DNA from: the human T2T-CHM13v2.0 reference genome, Homo sapiens
Assembly: GCF_009914755.1 (NCBI RefSeq)
Contig: NC_060932.1
Direction: 5' to 3' (one strand)
Length of the DNA: 64,000 nucleotides
Part shown: positions 18,648 through 36,872 of the stretch, piece by piece
Numbering within the stretch: position 1 is the stretch's first letter
Layout of the letters: each line of letters begins with the position of its first letter
Program-made: the position numbers and the translations under genes
The notes under the pieces: generated by a model
The model's database searches: none
What the model saw: only the letters and a program-made list of their open reading frames with translations
Told to the model about the DNA's origin: nothing

Positions 18648-18811
18648 GCAAGAAATGGAGGCTGGGAGGGGCTGTGGGGGCCTGAGCTGGAAAGAGTCAG
18701 CCCGACTGGGGGTGTCCTGCGGTACGTGCTGTGGAGAGGGGCTTCGCGGAATCGGGCCCCTAACGGGTGGGACCCCGAGGCCGCGGGTGGGGGATGGTGG
18801 GGAAGAGGTTT
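18648..18811. repeat. Inverted repeat arm B1 (upstream of the RPL8 promoter)
   Basis: gcaagaaatggaggctgggagggg...ggtggggaagaggttt matches the reverse complement of 15495-15657. Confidence 0.95.
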
Positions 18812-19754
18812 TCCAGGAGAGAGTCCCTGGCTGAGTGAGCACTGTCGAGCACACGCGAGGCCGTGGGTGGGGAGGCAGCAAGGAGGTGAAGGCGGGGGTC
18901 CCAGTGGGCGGGAGAGGCTTGCTGTCGGTACTGGGAGGTGGGGTGTTTCCTAGACCCTGCAGGGGCTGAGGCAGGGTTGACATCGTGAGAAGGAGACAGG
19001 AGAGGGTGGAAGGGGTGTCCTGTGCCCGCTGTTGCTCACAGGGGAGAGGAGGGGCTGCTGCAGGAGGCCCTCCCCTAGGGTCGGCAGGGGGATGGAGGAG
19101 GAGCTGCCCGGTGGGGACTCAGGAAGCAGCACAGCCCACAGCTAGGGCCAGGGGCTGAGGGGCAGGACTGGACCCTGGGGGCAGGGTGAGGGGTTCTGGG
19201 GTCAGCCCAAAATTGGCCCACAGGCCCAGCCTGTCCGTCACTCCTGAACAAATCTGCTTCTCTGGAGGAGCAGAAGGAGAGTTGGGTGCGGGATAGAGGT
19301 GAGAAGAGTGCTTGGACACACAGGCTGTGGGGTCCCCAAGATGGTCTCACGGGTCTCTGGGATGAGATGCGGCTACCAAGACCCTACGTGCAGCCAGGAG
19401 ACTGACCAGGCCGCTTTAAGGCTGGAAGAGACATGGCCCTGCCAGCATCCACCTGACAGTCCTGAGGACTGTGTGACTGGGCTCAGTCTTGACCTTCACG
19501 GGAGACCACACAGCCTGGTACACAGCAGGGGCTATGCAGTTCTGGGTCACTTGACAGCCACTCCAGACGAGGCCGCAAGCACTGGACATGGGGTTTTCCA
19601 GCCTTCTGGGGTGGAGCCATCTTTCTTAGGCCAGGATTAGTCCCTCCCCACACAGTGCCTCTGCTTGTGCTAGTGGCCTGGTGACCTCCCTTATGCCATC
19701 CGACGTCACCCCAACCTGCTGTTCAAACTTTATTGTTAGAAATTATTTATTTCC

Positions 19755-20985
<1,231 letters not shown>

Positions 20986-21400
20986 CATGCACGCTGCTTT
21001 TCTAATTTAGTGTCTTATAATTGTGGAGCTATGTCTTGTGAAAAGGTATTTCCAACAAGATTCTCTGAGATAGTTTTCCCATGTGCTTTCAGTGCCTCAG
21101 GGGTGGGGTAGTCCATAGGAGCCCCTGTTACCCATTCAGGAGTGGGTGAGGGGAGACCCCAGGGACCAATGCCAGCAGGAAGAGGTGGGGTGGTTGGGAG
21201 GATGGAGATTGCACATGCTTGGGGACAGCTTGGAGGTGCGTGTTAGAATTTTTCTGAGAGGGGTTAAGGTGCTGTTTTGTGAAGCACAACGAGTTAGTGA
21301 GTGCTAAATCTCCATGACCCCTGCCGTCTATATGGCTTGGATACGTCATGTCAACCTGACATAAAGCCATGGGTGAACATTCTCTGGGACCCCACCTGTG

Positions 21401-22365
21401 TGTGGGGAAAAGCAAGAGAGATCAGATTGTTACTGTGTCTGTATAGAAAGAAGTAGACATAGGAGACTCCATTTTGTTCTGTACTAAGAAAAATTCTGCC
21501 TTGAGATTCTGTTAATCTATGACCTTATCCCCAACCCCGTGCTCTCTGAAACATGCGCTGTGTCAACTCAGGGTGAAATGGATTAAGGGTTGTGCAGGAT
21601 GTGCTTTGTTAAACAAATGCTTGAAGGCAGCATGCTCCTTAAGAGTCATCACCACTCCCTAATCTCAAGTACCCAGGGACACAAACACTGCGGAAGGCCG
21701 CAGGGACCTCTGCCTAGGAAAGCCAGGTATTGTCCAAGGTTTCTCCCCATGTGATAGTCTGAAATATGGCCTCGTGGGAAGGGAAAGACCTGACCGTCCC
21801 CCAGCCCGACACCCGTAAAGGGTCTGTGCTGAGGAGGATTAGTATAAGAGGAAGGCATGCCTCTTGCAGTTGAGACAAGAGGAAGGCATCTGTCTCCTGC
21901 CCCTCCCTGGGCAATGGAATGTCTCGGTATAAAACCCGATTGTACGTTCCATCTACTGAGATAGGGAAAAACCGCCTTAGGGCTGGAGGTGGGACATGCG
22001 GGCAGCAATACTGCTTTGTAAAGCATTGAGATGTTTATGTGTATGCATATCTAAAAGCACAGCACTTAATCCTTTACCTTGTCTATGATGCAAAGACCTT
22101 TGTTAACGTGTTTGTCTGCTGACCCTCTCCCCACTATTGTCTTGTGACCCTGACACATCCCCCTCTCAGAGAAACACCCACAAATGATGAATAAATATTA
22201 AGGGAACTCAGAGGCTGGCGGGATCCTCCATATGCTGAACGCTGGTTCCCCGGGTCCCCTTATTTCTTTCTCTATACTTTGTCTCTGTGTCTTTTTCTTT
22301 TCCAAGTCTCTCGTTCCACCTTACGAGAAACACCCACAGGTGTGGAGGGGCAACCCACCCCTTCA
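21401..22365 (+). mobile_element. HERV-K(HML-2) solo LTR, LTR5_Hs type, 965 bp
   Basis: TGTGGGGAAAAGCAAGAGAGATCAG...CCACCCCTTCA; TATAAAA 21928-21934; AATAAA 22190-22195; TSD cctgtg/catgtg. Confidence 0.95.
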
Positions 22366-23160
22366 CATGTGTGATTAAATAGTTGAAGTTTTGGCATCCT
22401 TTTACAATGAGAGAATAGCACAGGATTTACATACAATTTTTGGACATCCAAGTTCACCACAATACCCATATTGTCTGAAATTATGTGCCATGGCCCTGAG
22501 GGGAGTCATGATCCCTCCCCCAAAGATGGTTGTGGCTGTCAGGACACAGCAAGTACCCACAATTCCCTCCTGGTGAAGAGTGCCTCTGTCCTACCCAGCC
22601 TGTGCCTCACTCCTGAGCAAATCCGCTGTCAGCAGTGTGAATGCAGGAGACACCCTTGGTCCCCCAAAGAATCTGAGGAACCTAGGGGCATCCAGTCCTG
22701 GGACAAGGATCTATGTAGACATCATACAAGTTTAGCACCACCCATAGTGGAGTGCTGGGCTAAGCCTACTTAGACAGATATCACCCTCCTCACCCAGTTT
22801 CCCCTGTCCTTGTGAAAAGGAAGAAAATGATGGTTCCTGGTCTGTCTTGTGCTCAAATCTGACCCGGCTCCCAACCAGCTGTGGCTCTGGATGAGTCCCT
22901 TACCTTCTTTGATCCTCATTCCTCCTCCCAGGGTCTGGTTGCAATTCAGAGGATCTGAAAACCTAGAGTGTGTGTGAAACCATCTCTAAAGTGTGTGTGG
23001 AGGTGAGTGGGAACTCGGGAAACACCGAGTTTCATATATTGAACTGTTCCTCCCACTTGCATGATGGTTTCACAACACAGTTTAGTGGCTAAAGAATATG
23101 TGACTTGGAGCCAGGTCTGTGGGTTGGATCCCAGCTCTGTTACTTAAGAGATGAGACCTT

Positions 23161-23987
<827 letters not shown>

Positions 23988-24019
23988 TCATACTAAACAA
24001 TGTCATAAATTTATATGAG

Positions 24020-25000
24020 ACCGACCCTGGCCGGACGCCCCGCTCCGCCCTTCCTGCGGGTCCGGGAGTCGATCCCGCACCGTGCTCCCCAACCCCCGCA
24101 GGCCACCCGGGGGCAGAGAGTGGGCGCAAGGGGTGAACGTTCGCTGCCTCCGATCCCGGGGGAAACGGAGCGCCGAGAACGTCGACGCCCTTCCGCGCCC
24201 GTCGGGCCTGGGACTGATACCCGGTCTGGCCCGGAACCCCCCAGGCGCGCCCCTAGCTGGGGCCCTGGCGACCGCCGCGCCGCAGGGGCTAGAAGCCGTC
24301 GAGACGCGAGCGCCATCGAGGCGCGCGGTCCTCCAGGCCTCCCAGAGCGGCGCAGCGGCCGTTTCCGGGGGCGGGGAAGGAACCGGAGCCTGAGAGCCGG
24401 GCGCCGTGCGCTCCTCCCCGCGCTGTCTCGGCGGCCCAGGGTGAGTCGGCCGCGGCCGCGGGGCGGGGACTGGGAGGGGCGCGGTCCTCCGAGCCCGGCC
24501 TGGTGGAGGCTGTAGCCCCCGCAGTGGGCGCGCGGAGCTCGGCAGGGAGCGGACCCGCAGCCGTCACTGTCGCCTCCGCTCGCCTTGGGTTCCGAACCCT
24601 TATCGGGGCGAAGGGCCCTGCGCCCCGGTCCATGCTGGCTGTGGTCGGGGGCGTGCGGCCGGGCCCCCGAGACCCGCTCCGCCGAGCCGGACGGTTGCGC
24701 AGAGATGAGGCTGCAGGCGGGGAGGCCTGGCGAGGTGGGGCTGCTCCGGGGAGGACCAGGCTCTGCCCCTCGCTTCCGTCCGATGGCGGGCTCTTCCCGG
24801 CAGCCTCGCTCCCCGGCGGACGCCGTTTCCCGCAGCGTTCATTTACCCTGCGCAGTTTTGCCCCCTCCCCGGGTTGGGGCATTTATTGGACCAACAGTCA
24901 TTTCGTAAATAGCTGTTGGGTATTTAACTGTGAGCGTTCCGGTGCTGGGGACCCCGCAGTGAGCGAACAGCCCGCCTCGCCTCCAGGAGCATGAATTGTA
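24020..25000 (+). promoter_or_regulatory. ZNF517: ZNF517 CpG-island promoter and non-coding exon 1 (ends at 24440)
   Basis: CpG island; ETS-like TTTCCGG and GC box near 24362; donor CAGG/GTGAGT at 24441. Confidence 0.8.
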
Positions 25001-25161
25001 ATAGAGGTGAGGCGTTAGTGTAACAGGCAATAACGCAGCAAAATAACTTCTGGTTTTGACAAGGGCCTCGCACAGAATAAACCAAGGAAATAAAATTGTG
25101 AGAGTTAGGGGGTTAGGGTAGCCTTGGCGGTCAGGGGAGGCTCTGTAAGGAGTTAACATTT

Positions 25162-25609
<448 letters not shown>

Positions 25610-26824
25610 TTATTCTGCGTATGGAAGGAGGTGACCCCTCCTAGTCTTCCAGACCCCAGTTAAATGAGTTCCCCCAGTAACATTTCTTGGTGGTCCTTCA
25701 TCTAAAATTAGCACCCTCCTCCCCTTGACATTTTCTGTCTCAGCAACAGCTTGATCTGTTGTCATCATATCACTGCTCCATTATTTTTAGCTCAGTGCTG
25801 TTTAATCTGATTGAAGGTTTACTTCCTAATTCCGAAGATAGAACTAAAAGCAGGTTTTTTTCCCCTCTAACCAGGTAGCCCCTCCCTGAGGACATGCACT
25901 CCCTAGACATGAGCAAACACAAAGCAGCAGTAACTTACCGCTCCTAGTCCAAGTCCTACCCTAGTCCTGGGTTGCAGTTCTTACCAGAGTGGAGGGTGGT
26001 ATGTGTTGAGGGGTCGGGGATCAAGTCTTCTGGCAGCCTCATACCCTGAGATACTCTGGTTGCCTTGTTGGGGTGAGGACAACACGTGTGGCCATCGCAG
26101 TGGCCCAGGTGGGTCCTGCCACAGACTGCCCTGGACAGACAGTGAGTGGGGGCTGGGTGGGGGTGGTGTGGCCCTGCTCTTCCATGCGTTTGCAGTCTGT
26201 GCCCTCTGTGCAGGGGTGATTCACGAATCTGTCTGATCCACCCCCATCGCCCTTCGTACCCTAACATGTCAAAAGGGCTCTGCTGCCAAATGTCACTTCA
26301 TAGCATTGTGACCAAGCAGCCCTCCTGCCTCTAAACGCACTCTTTATTTTTATTTGAGAGAGAACCTCACTCTGTCGCCCAGGCTGGAGTGCAGCGGGGC
26401 ACACTTGGCTCACTGCAACCTCTGTCTACTCAAGCAGTTCTCCTGCCTCAGCCTCCCAAGTAGCTGGGATTACAGGTGCGTACCAGCACACTCGGCTAAT
26501 TTTTGTATTTTTCGTAGAGAAGGGTTTCACCATGTTGGCCAGGCTGGTCACGAACTCCTGACTTCAAATGATCCGCCCTCATCGGCCTCCTAAAGTGCTG
26601 GAATTACAGGCATGAGTCACTGTGCCTGGCCTCTAAACACATGCTTTTTGTTAACTGATGCCTAAAGGGAAACATCTCTTTACAAAGTGGCAGCTACTTA
26701 GACGGCTCCAGCTCTACAGAAATGGATAGCCCCGGAGACCTTCACCCAAACACAAGAGCTCAAGTGTCTGTTGAAGGGAAGAGTGAGGAGAACAGGGCCT
26801 CATGCCTACTCTGTATACGTCTGC

Positions 26825-27185
<361 letters not shown>

Positions 27186-27366
27186 TAGCCAGGATGGTCT
27201 CTGTCTCCACCGCACCTGGCCAAAAAAGTGTTAAATTAGAAAAATAGAAAGAGGCCGGGTGTGGTGGCTCACACCTGTAATCCCAGCACTTTGGGAGACC
27301 GAGGCAAGAGATCACTTGGGTCCAGGAGTTCAAGACCAGCCTGGGCAACATAGTAAGACCTCATCA

Positions 27367-27574
<208 letters not shown>

Positions 27575-27742
27575 TCATAATTCTATGACGCAGAGAGAGC
27601 TAGAGTTTTATGCTACCAGCTTTATTTTTCTGCTTACAGTCTGCTTGTTTCATGTAGTAAAATGCAAGAATGTTTTCTGATGTTCCCACAACATGGTTTT
27701 ATTGGTTGCAGAGTCACCCATTGTTCATTTCATAATGAGCAA

Positions 27743-27908
27743 TGTTGCCCAGGCCGGAGTGCAATGGTGCAACCTTGGCCATCCTGGGAGGAAATCTTAA
27801 GCCCAGGAGGCAGAGGTTGCAGTGAACCAAGATCACACCACCAACTCCAGCCTGGGCGACAGAGCGAAACCCCGTCTCAAACAAAACAAAACAATAATTT
27901 TGCTCTAA
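27743..27908. repeat. Inverted repeat arm B2, flanked by a 24-bp direct repeat
   Basis: agtcacccattgttcatttcataa (27712-27735) and agtcacgctttgttcatttcataa (27911-27934). Confidence 0.93.
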
Positions 27909-28417
27909 CCAGTCACGCTTTGTTCATTTCATAAATCCTTTCTGAGCACATGCTGTGTGCCAAGCCCTTCCTCAGGCCCTAGGGGTACAGACCAGAGGCC
28001 TTGTCTAATTGGGGAAGGCAGATAAGGAGCAAGGAAGTTAACTTGTCTTATGTCAGATGGCATAGTGCTATGGAGAAAAATAAAGCAAGGAGCGAGGATA
28101 AGGAATTCCCAGGCAGGAGGGGAGGTGGCAGTTTAAAAAATGGTGGTCACAGAAGGCCTCCCAGCAAGGTGAGAGCCAGAAAACATTGGAAGGAGTGGGT
28201 GTTCCCATGGAGAAGCTTGGATACACCTCCTTGGGACGTGAAGGAGGCGGCTGATGTGATTGCCCTAGCACTTTACCCTCTCCTGCTCCCTTCTGGATCT
28301 GGAGGGGCCTTCTGGGGGGCTGGAGGGCCTTAGGCCTGGGCTCTTTCCACTCATGGCTCTATGTTCCCTCAGAATTCACTGTCTGTAGCATCTGCTCCTC
28401 CACAGAGGGACCCTGGA

Positions 28418-28450
28418 ATGGCGATGGCACTCCCGATGCCTGGACCTCAG
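28418..28450 (+). CDS. ZNF517: ZNF517 first coding exon (exon 28373-28450)
   Basis: MAMALPMPGPQ then CAG/GTGAGC. Confidence 0.88.
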
Positions 28451-29125
28451 GTGAGCACCCCCTGAGCCCGTCCATTGCCCCAGGAGACTGCTTCGCCCCT
28501 AGCCTCAGCTTTTCAGCCCTGAGAACCTTACAGCTTGCCTCACACCCACCCACATCACAGGATGGAGTCTGCAAGCCGAGGACAGCCTCCTCGCTCTATG
28601 GCCAGGCCTCACACATGGCTCTGCCAAATCCTTCCAGCCTTTGGGCAGAAGTGGGCTTCCTGCGGCCTCCTCTGGCCCCTGAGCTTCTATGGTCAGCCAT
28701 TGAGGGCAGGGTCCCTGTCCTTCCCCAGTGCCTGCCTCCTTCCTGGTGTGAATGGTCAGCCCATCCTCCCTCTCCTGATGCTGACTCACTGCTGGTGTTA
28801 GAAATTGAGACCCAGAGGGTGGGGATGCTCCCCACAGTGCAGGTGCTCCTTCCCCAAATCCCTGATAGCCTGTGGAGAGGGCGAGGCCAAGGTTGGGACC
28901 CCCTTCCTGGTAAATCTCTCTCCCTCCCCCAAGTTCAGTTTTTCCCTCTTCCTCTCTGGGGCTTCTGCTGAGAATGAGGCCGCTCACTCGGGGGGTGTTG
29001 GGCTGCCCTTTCTCTGCTGGGCCCTGTGGATGCAGCAGTGGGCAGCAAGGAGAGAGGCCTCTAGCAGATCATGCAAATGTTTCTCATCTGCTGGGTTCTC
29101 ACCGAGCCCTTGACTGCCTGGATAG

Positions 29126-29317
<192 letters not shown>

Positions 29318-29627
29318 TAGCTTCAAAGGAAGTTGGTTCCATTGCAGATTCAAGGTCTGACACATTTTTGAGGGGAAGCTGGAGGCTCCCCAAGGAGCCC
29401 CTCTCTGCTTCCTGTTGGGCACCCACTGCCAGCGTCAGCCTGCCTGAGGCTTCTCTCCTGGGGCAGGCCCCCCATCTCCCCCTGGCCACCTAGCTGCCCC
29501 CTTCTGGGATAGTGAATGTTCCTGACCCACTCCAAGCACTCTGTGCCCTGATGGCCTCCAGCCAGGCACCTGGGCGTCCCTTCTCCCTCCTGTACTGATA
29601 CGTGCTGCTTTCCTTCTCTGAGCTTAG

Positions 29628-29741
29628 GCTTTCTTGTTGCCAAACCAGCACTGATCTCCCTATTGGAGCAAGGAGAGGAGCCGGGGGCCTTGATTCTGCA
29701 GGTGGCTGAACAGAGCGTGGCCAAAGCCAGCCTGTGCACAG
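29628..29741 (+). CDS. ZNF517: ZNF517 KRAB-B exon
   Basis: GFLVAKPALISLLEQGEEPGALILQVAEQSVAKASLCT; AG/GTGAGT boundaries. Confidence 0.93.
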
Positions 29742-30009
29742 GTGAGTACAAAGCACCCACAGGGCGTGTCCTGTGCTGCCAATGTGGCCTGGCCTCCGGG
29801 CAGCTCTGCAGGTCCCTTCTTCTACAGTGGGAGGTGTGTATGTTTAGCTCCTCACAGCAGGGCCAGATTTCCTACTAACTGCCTTGCTTGTAGGTCTAAG
29901 GTCAAAACTAACTTATGCAGGAAGACCCAAGTGCGAGAGTTTTCCATTTTGGTGTCCCCAAGGTGTCAGGGGCCGGGTCTGTGCTCACAGTGCCATTACC
30001 CTTGGGTTG

Positions 30010-31614
<1,605 letters not shown>

Positions 31615-32005
31615 GGTTGCTTTGGTTTCCTGGTTCCCTATGGCCCATGTGCCAGGGACTGAGCTCAGGGCAGTGGAGGCTGCAGAAAGAACCTTGAGCT
31701 GGGGAGGAGGCCCCCAGTCCCAGAGGTCTGCGCAGGCACCTGCTCTACGCACCTGCCCAGACATGTTTGCTGAGTGCAGGAACTGTGGGTGAACTCTGAA
31801 GGAGAGAGGAGTAAAGAACATGGCTGTGGGGTGAGGTACAACTTGCACCTCATGCCTGGCCTGTCTTCCCTGCCAGACCTTGGGCCTCTCCTATGGGCTC
31901 CCCTTGAGCTAGCCTCCCACAGTGCTGGAGCCATTATTAGCCTTTTTGTTCCCTTCTCACCCGAACCCTGATTTTATTTTATTTTTATTTTTATTATTTT
32001 TTTGA

Positions 32006-32206
<201 letters not shown>

Positions 32207-32693
32207 TGAACTCCTGACCTCAGGTGATCGGCCCACCTCGGCCTCCCAAAGTGCTGAGATTAGAGGCGTGAGCCACTGGACCTGGCCTGAAACCCTGATT
32301 TTAAAACCTCTGGCAATAATTTCTCAAACCTCCCTACACGTCTAACAAAGACTCTGTCTTCACTTGATTGTGGTATCATTTCACAGTGTAGATGTTTATT
32401 GAATCATGTTGTACACCAAAAATATATACAAGTTTTGTTTTAAGACAGTCTCACTCTTTCGCCCAGGCTGGAGTGCAATGGCTCGATCTCGGCTCACTAC
32501 AACCTCTGTCTCTGGGTTCAAGCAATTCTCCTGCCTCAGCCTCCTGTATACAAGTTTTATTTGTCATTTATACCTCAGTAAAGCTGGGTGTTGGGGGAAG
32601 ACTTGGGAATAAAAAGGTTATGTCTTCAAACAAGAAGTTCGTTTGTGAGTGTAGAGGCTGGATCATCCTTCCGTTTTCTGTTCCTTCTCTCAG

Positions 32694-33898
32694 ATTCCAG
32701 GATGGAGGCTGGGATCATGGAGTCTCCTCTGCAGAGAAAGCTCTCCAGGCAGGCAGGACTGCCGGGCACCGTGTGGGGGTGCCTCCCCTGGGGGCACCCT
32801 GTGGGGGGGCACCCTGCACCACCCCACCCGCATGGCGGTCCTGAGGACGGGTCAGATAAACCCACCCACCCCCGGGCTCGGGAGCACAGCGCCTCCCCAA
32901 GGGTTCTGCAGGAAGACCTGGGCCGGCCTGTGGGGAGCTCAGCCCCCCGCTACAGGTGCGTGTGCGGCAAGGCGTTCAGATACAACTCGCTGCTTCTCAG
33001 GCACCAGATCATCCACACCGGCGCCAAGCCCTTCCAGTGCACAGAGTGCGGGAAGGCCTTCAAGCAAAGCTCCATCCTGCTGCGGCACCAGCTGATCCAC
33101 ACTGAGGAGAAGCCGTTCCAGTGCGGCGAGTGCGGGAAGGCCTTCCGGCAGAGCACGCAGCTGGCTGCCCACCACCGCGTCCACACCCGCGAGCGGCCCT
33201 ACGCATGCGGCGAGTGCGGCAAGGCCTTCAGCCGCAGCTCCCGGCTGCTGCAGCACCAGAAGTTCCACACCGGGGAGAAGCCCTTCGCGTGCACAGAGTG
33301 CGGCAAGGCGTTCTGCCGCAGGTTCACCCTCAACGAGCACGGCCGCATCCACAGCGGGGAGCGGCCCTACCGGTGCCTGCGGTGTGGGCAGCGCTTCATC
33401 CGAGGGTCCTCGCTCCTGAAGCACCACCGGCTGCACGCGCAGGAGGGTGCCCAGGACGGCGGCGCGGGGCAGGGCGCCCTGCTCGGAGCTGCGCAGAGGC
33501 CCCAGGCGGGGGACCCGCCCCACGAGTGCCCGGTGTGCGGGAGGCCGTTCCGACACAACTCCCTGCTGCTGCTGCACCTGCGCCTACACACGGGCGAGAA
33601 GCCGTTCGAGTGCGCGGAGTGCGGCAAGGCCTTCGGTCGCAAGTCCAACCTCACTCTGCACCAGAAGATCCACACCAAGGAGAAGCCCTTCGCGTGCACC
33701 GAGTGCGGCAAGGCGTTCCGCAGGAGCTACACGCTGAACGAGCACTACCGGCTCCACAGCGGCGAGAGGCCATACCGGTGCCGCGCCTGCGGGAGGGCCT
33801 GCAGCCGGCTGTCCACCCTCATCCAGCACCAGAAGGTGCACGGCCGCGAGCCCGGGGAGGACACAGAGGGCAGGCGGGCGCCCTGTTGGGCTTCCTGA
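32694..33898 (+). CDS. ZNF517: ZNF517 zinc-finger exon (10 C2H2 fingers)
   Basis: CAG acceptor at 32693; DSRMEAGIMESP...HTGEKPF linkers...CWAS*; total CDS 33+127+114+1205=1479 nt (492 aa). Confidence 0.96.
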
Positions 33899-34359
33899 TG
33901 ACGGGGACGACAGGCCGAGGATTCACGCTGGAAGCCCACCCAAGCCGGCGGGGCCCTAGCGCAGAAATTCAGAACCCCCTGTCCTGAAGGTGAAGCAAAG
34001 TCTAAAGAAAGGGCCAGCTCCCATCAGGAGCTCGGCTTCTTGCTCCAGCCGGGCACTGGGGAGGGAAAGGGCACCAGGCAGCCCGTGGTGTGGCCTCAGG
34101 AACCACTATCAGCCACCATTTCCTGGGGCCTTCCGGAAATGTCCAGGAGCGGGCAGAAGGGAGAGAGGGAGGGGCAGCTATGCTCAGTCCCCAAAGAGCA
34201 GGGCACAGGGGGCGCCACAGACGCATATGCAGCTGAGCTCCCCACAGGCCGGCCCGGGTCTTCGTGCAGAACCATTGGGCACAGCCAGGCCTTAGCGCCA
34301 GGCTCCGTGTGGCGGTCAATTCCAGGTGCTGTAAAGCCGACTAACAGGGTACAGGGAGC

Positions 34360-34835
<476 letters not shown>

Positions 34836-34849
34836 GCACACACACTGTA

Positions 34850-35621
<772 letters not shown>

Positions 35622-36461
35622 ACTGCCCAGCAGAAGCCAGGAAGGAAGCCCTGCCAGCTCAGAAGGTGGGCCAGGAGAGAAGGGTGTGGCCGGAAGGGTA
35701 GCCGGTGGGGGTGCTGCATCCTCTTGGCCCCACGGGGAGCACCCTGTCACCCCTAACAGATGAAGAGAAGGTGAGGGGGGATTGAGTTACCTGCCCACTG
35801 GTGTGTCAAACTCCATGATGGGGGTGGGAACATGCAGACCTGGCCCCTCCAAGGCCCACTGCTCCCCGGGCTGTGCGCCCCACAGTCTGTGCCAGGGGCT
35901 GCAGAAAGAGCCATGGGAAGCCTGGCCCTGGTAGGGCACCAAGATGGGGAGGGCTGGATCCACCCTCCAGAGAACAAGAATCCTGGGCAGTAGCCGGGAC
36001 ATGGTGGGGGAGGCTGAAGGGTTGTCCCTGAGCATCCCCAACATGGAGCTCGGAAGTCTGGGCCATGGGCAGGAAAGCACGAAGGTCAGGGCCAGCCTGG
36101 GGAACCAAGAGCTGTGCCACGATCCCTTCCACCTGGGGCAGCTGCCCACATGCCCGCCACTGGGTTCCATCACCTGAGACTCCTGGCAGGTGCCTCTCTG
36201 AGTCTTTGTCCTGTGCTGGAAACTGGGATGTGCAGCACACATCTTCACACCCACAGCACGGACAGCGGGAATAACACTTCCTTTGGGGATCCAGGGTTTC
36301 TGGTGTCTCCAGATTTTTCAGGCGCCACCATGTTCCTCTCATCCAGACGTCGGCACCCAAGGTGGAAGCAGGTCATGGCATGCCCGGCCCAGCTGCAGTC
36401 CGAGTGCAGATCCCATGGCGAGCGTGGGATCCAGCCCAAAGCACAAGCCACGCACAGCCCG

Positions 36462-36528
36462 CCAGGTTGAGTGGGCAGGTACCTCCAACAGCCAGCCCAG
36501 GTTGAGTGGGCAGGTACCTCCAACAGCC
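36462..36528 (+). repeat. 35-bp tandem duplication
   Basis: ccaggttgagtgggcaggtacctccaacagcc twice. Confidence 0.9.
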
Positions 36529-36872
36529 TGGAGCCGTGAGGCCTTGCGCAGGGGCGTTGCCGGCCGTGGAGGTCTCTGGCTGGCAAAGTGGCACCGAAAG
36601 AGTCCTGTGTCATAACCAGACTCACTTGTAGCTTCTGTTGCTCTCCCTAGCTATTTGCAAAGCATCCAGGATAGGTTCATCTAAAGACATTCTGACTCAT
36701 CTTGGACACGATCCACTTACTCTGTGGACCCTGTTCACAGAACCTGGAGTCCCTGCTCACCTTCCCCAACCCCTTATTGCTGGGTCATGTTCACAAGTTT
36801 CTGTCTCTTTTTGTTCCCAGTCCCGGTACCAGCTCAGGTCCAATCAGCTTCTGAACCTCTACTGTGCAGCGC

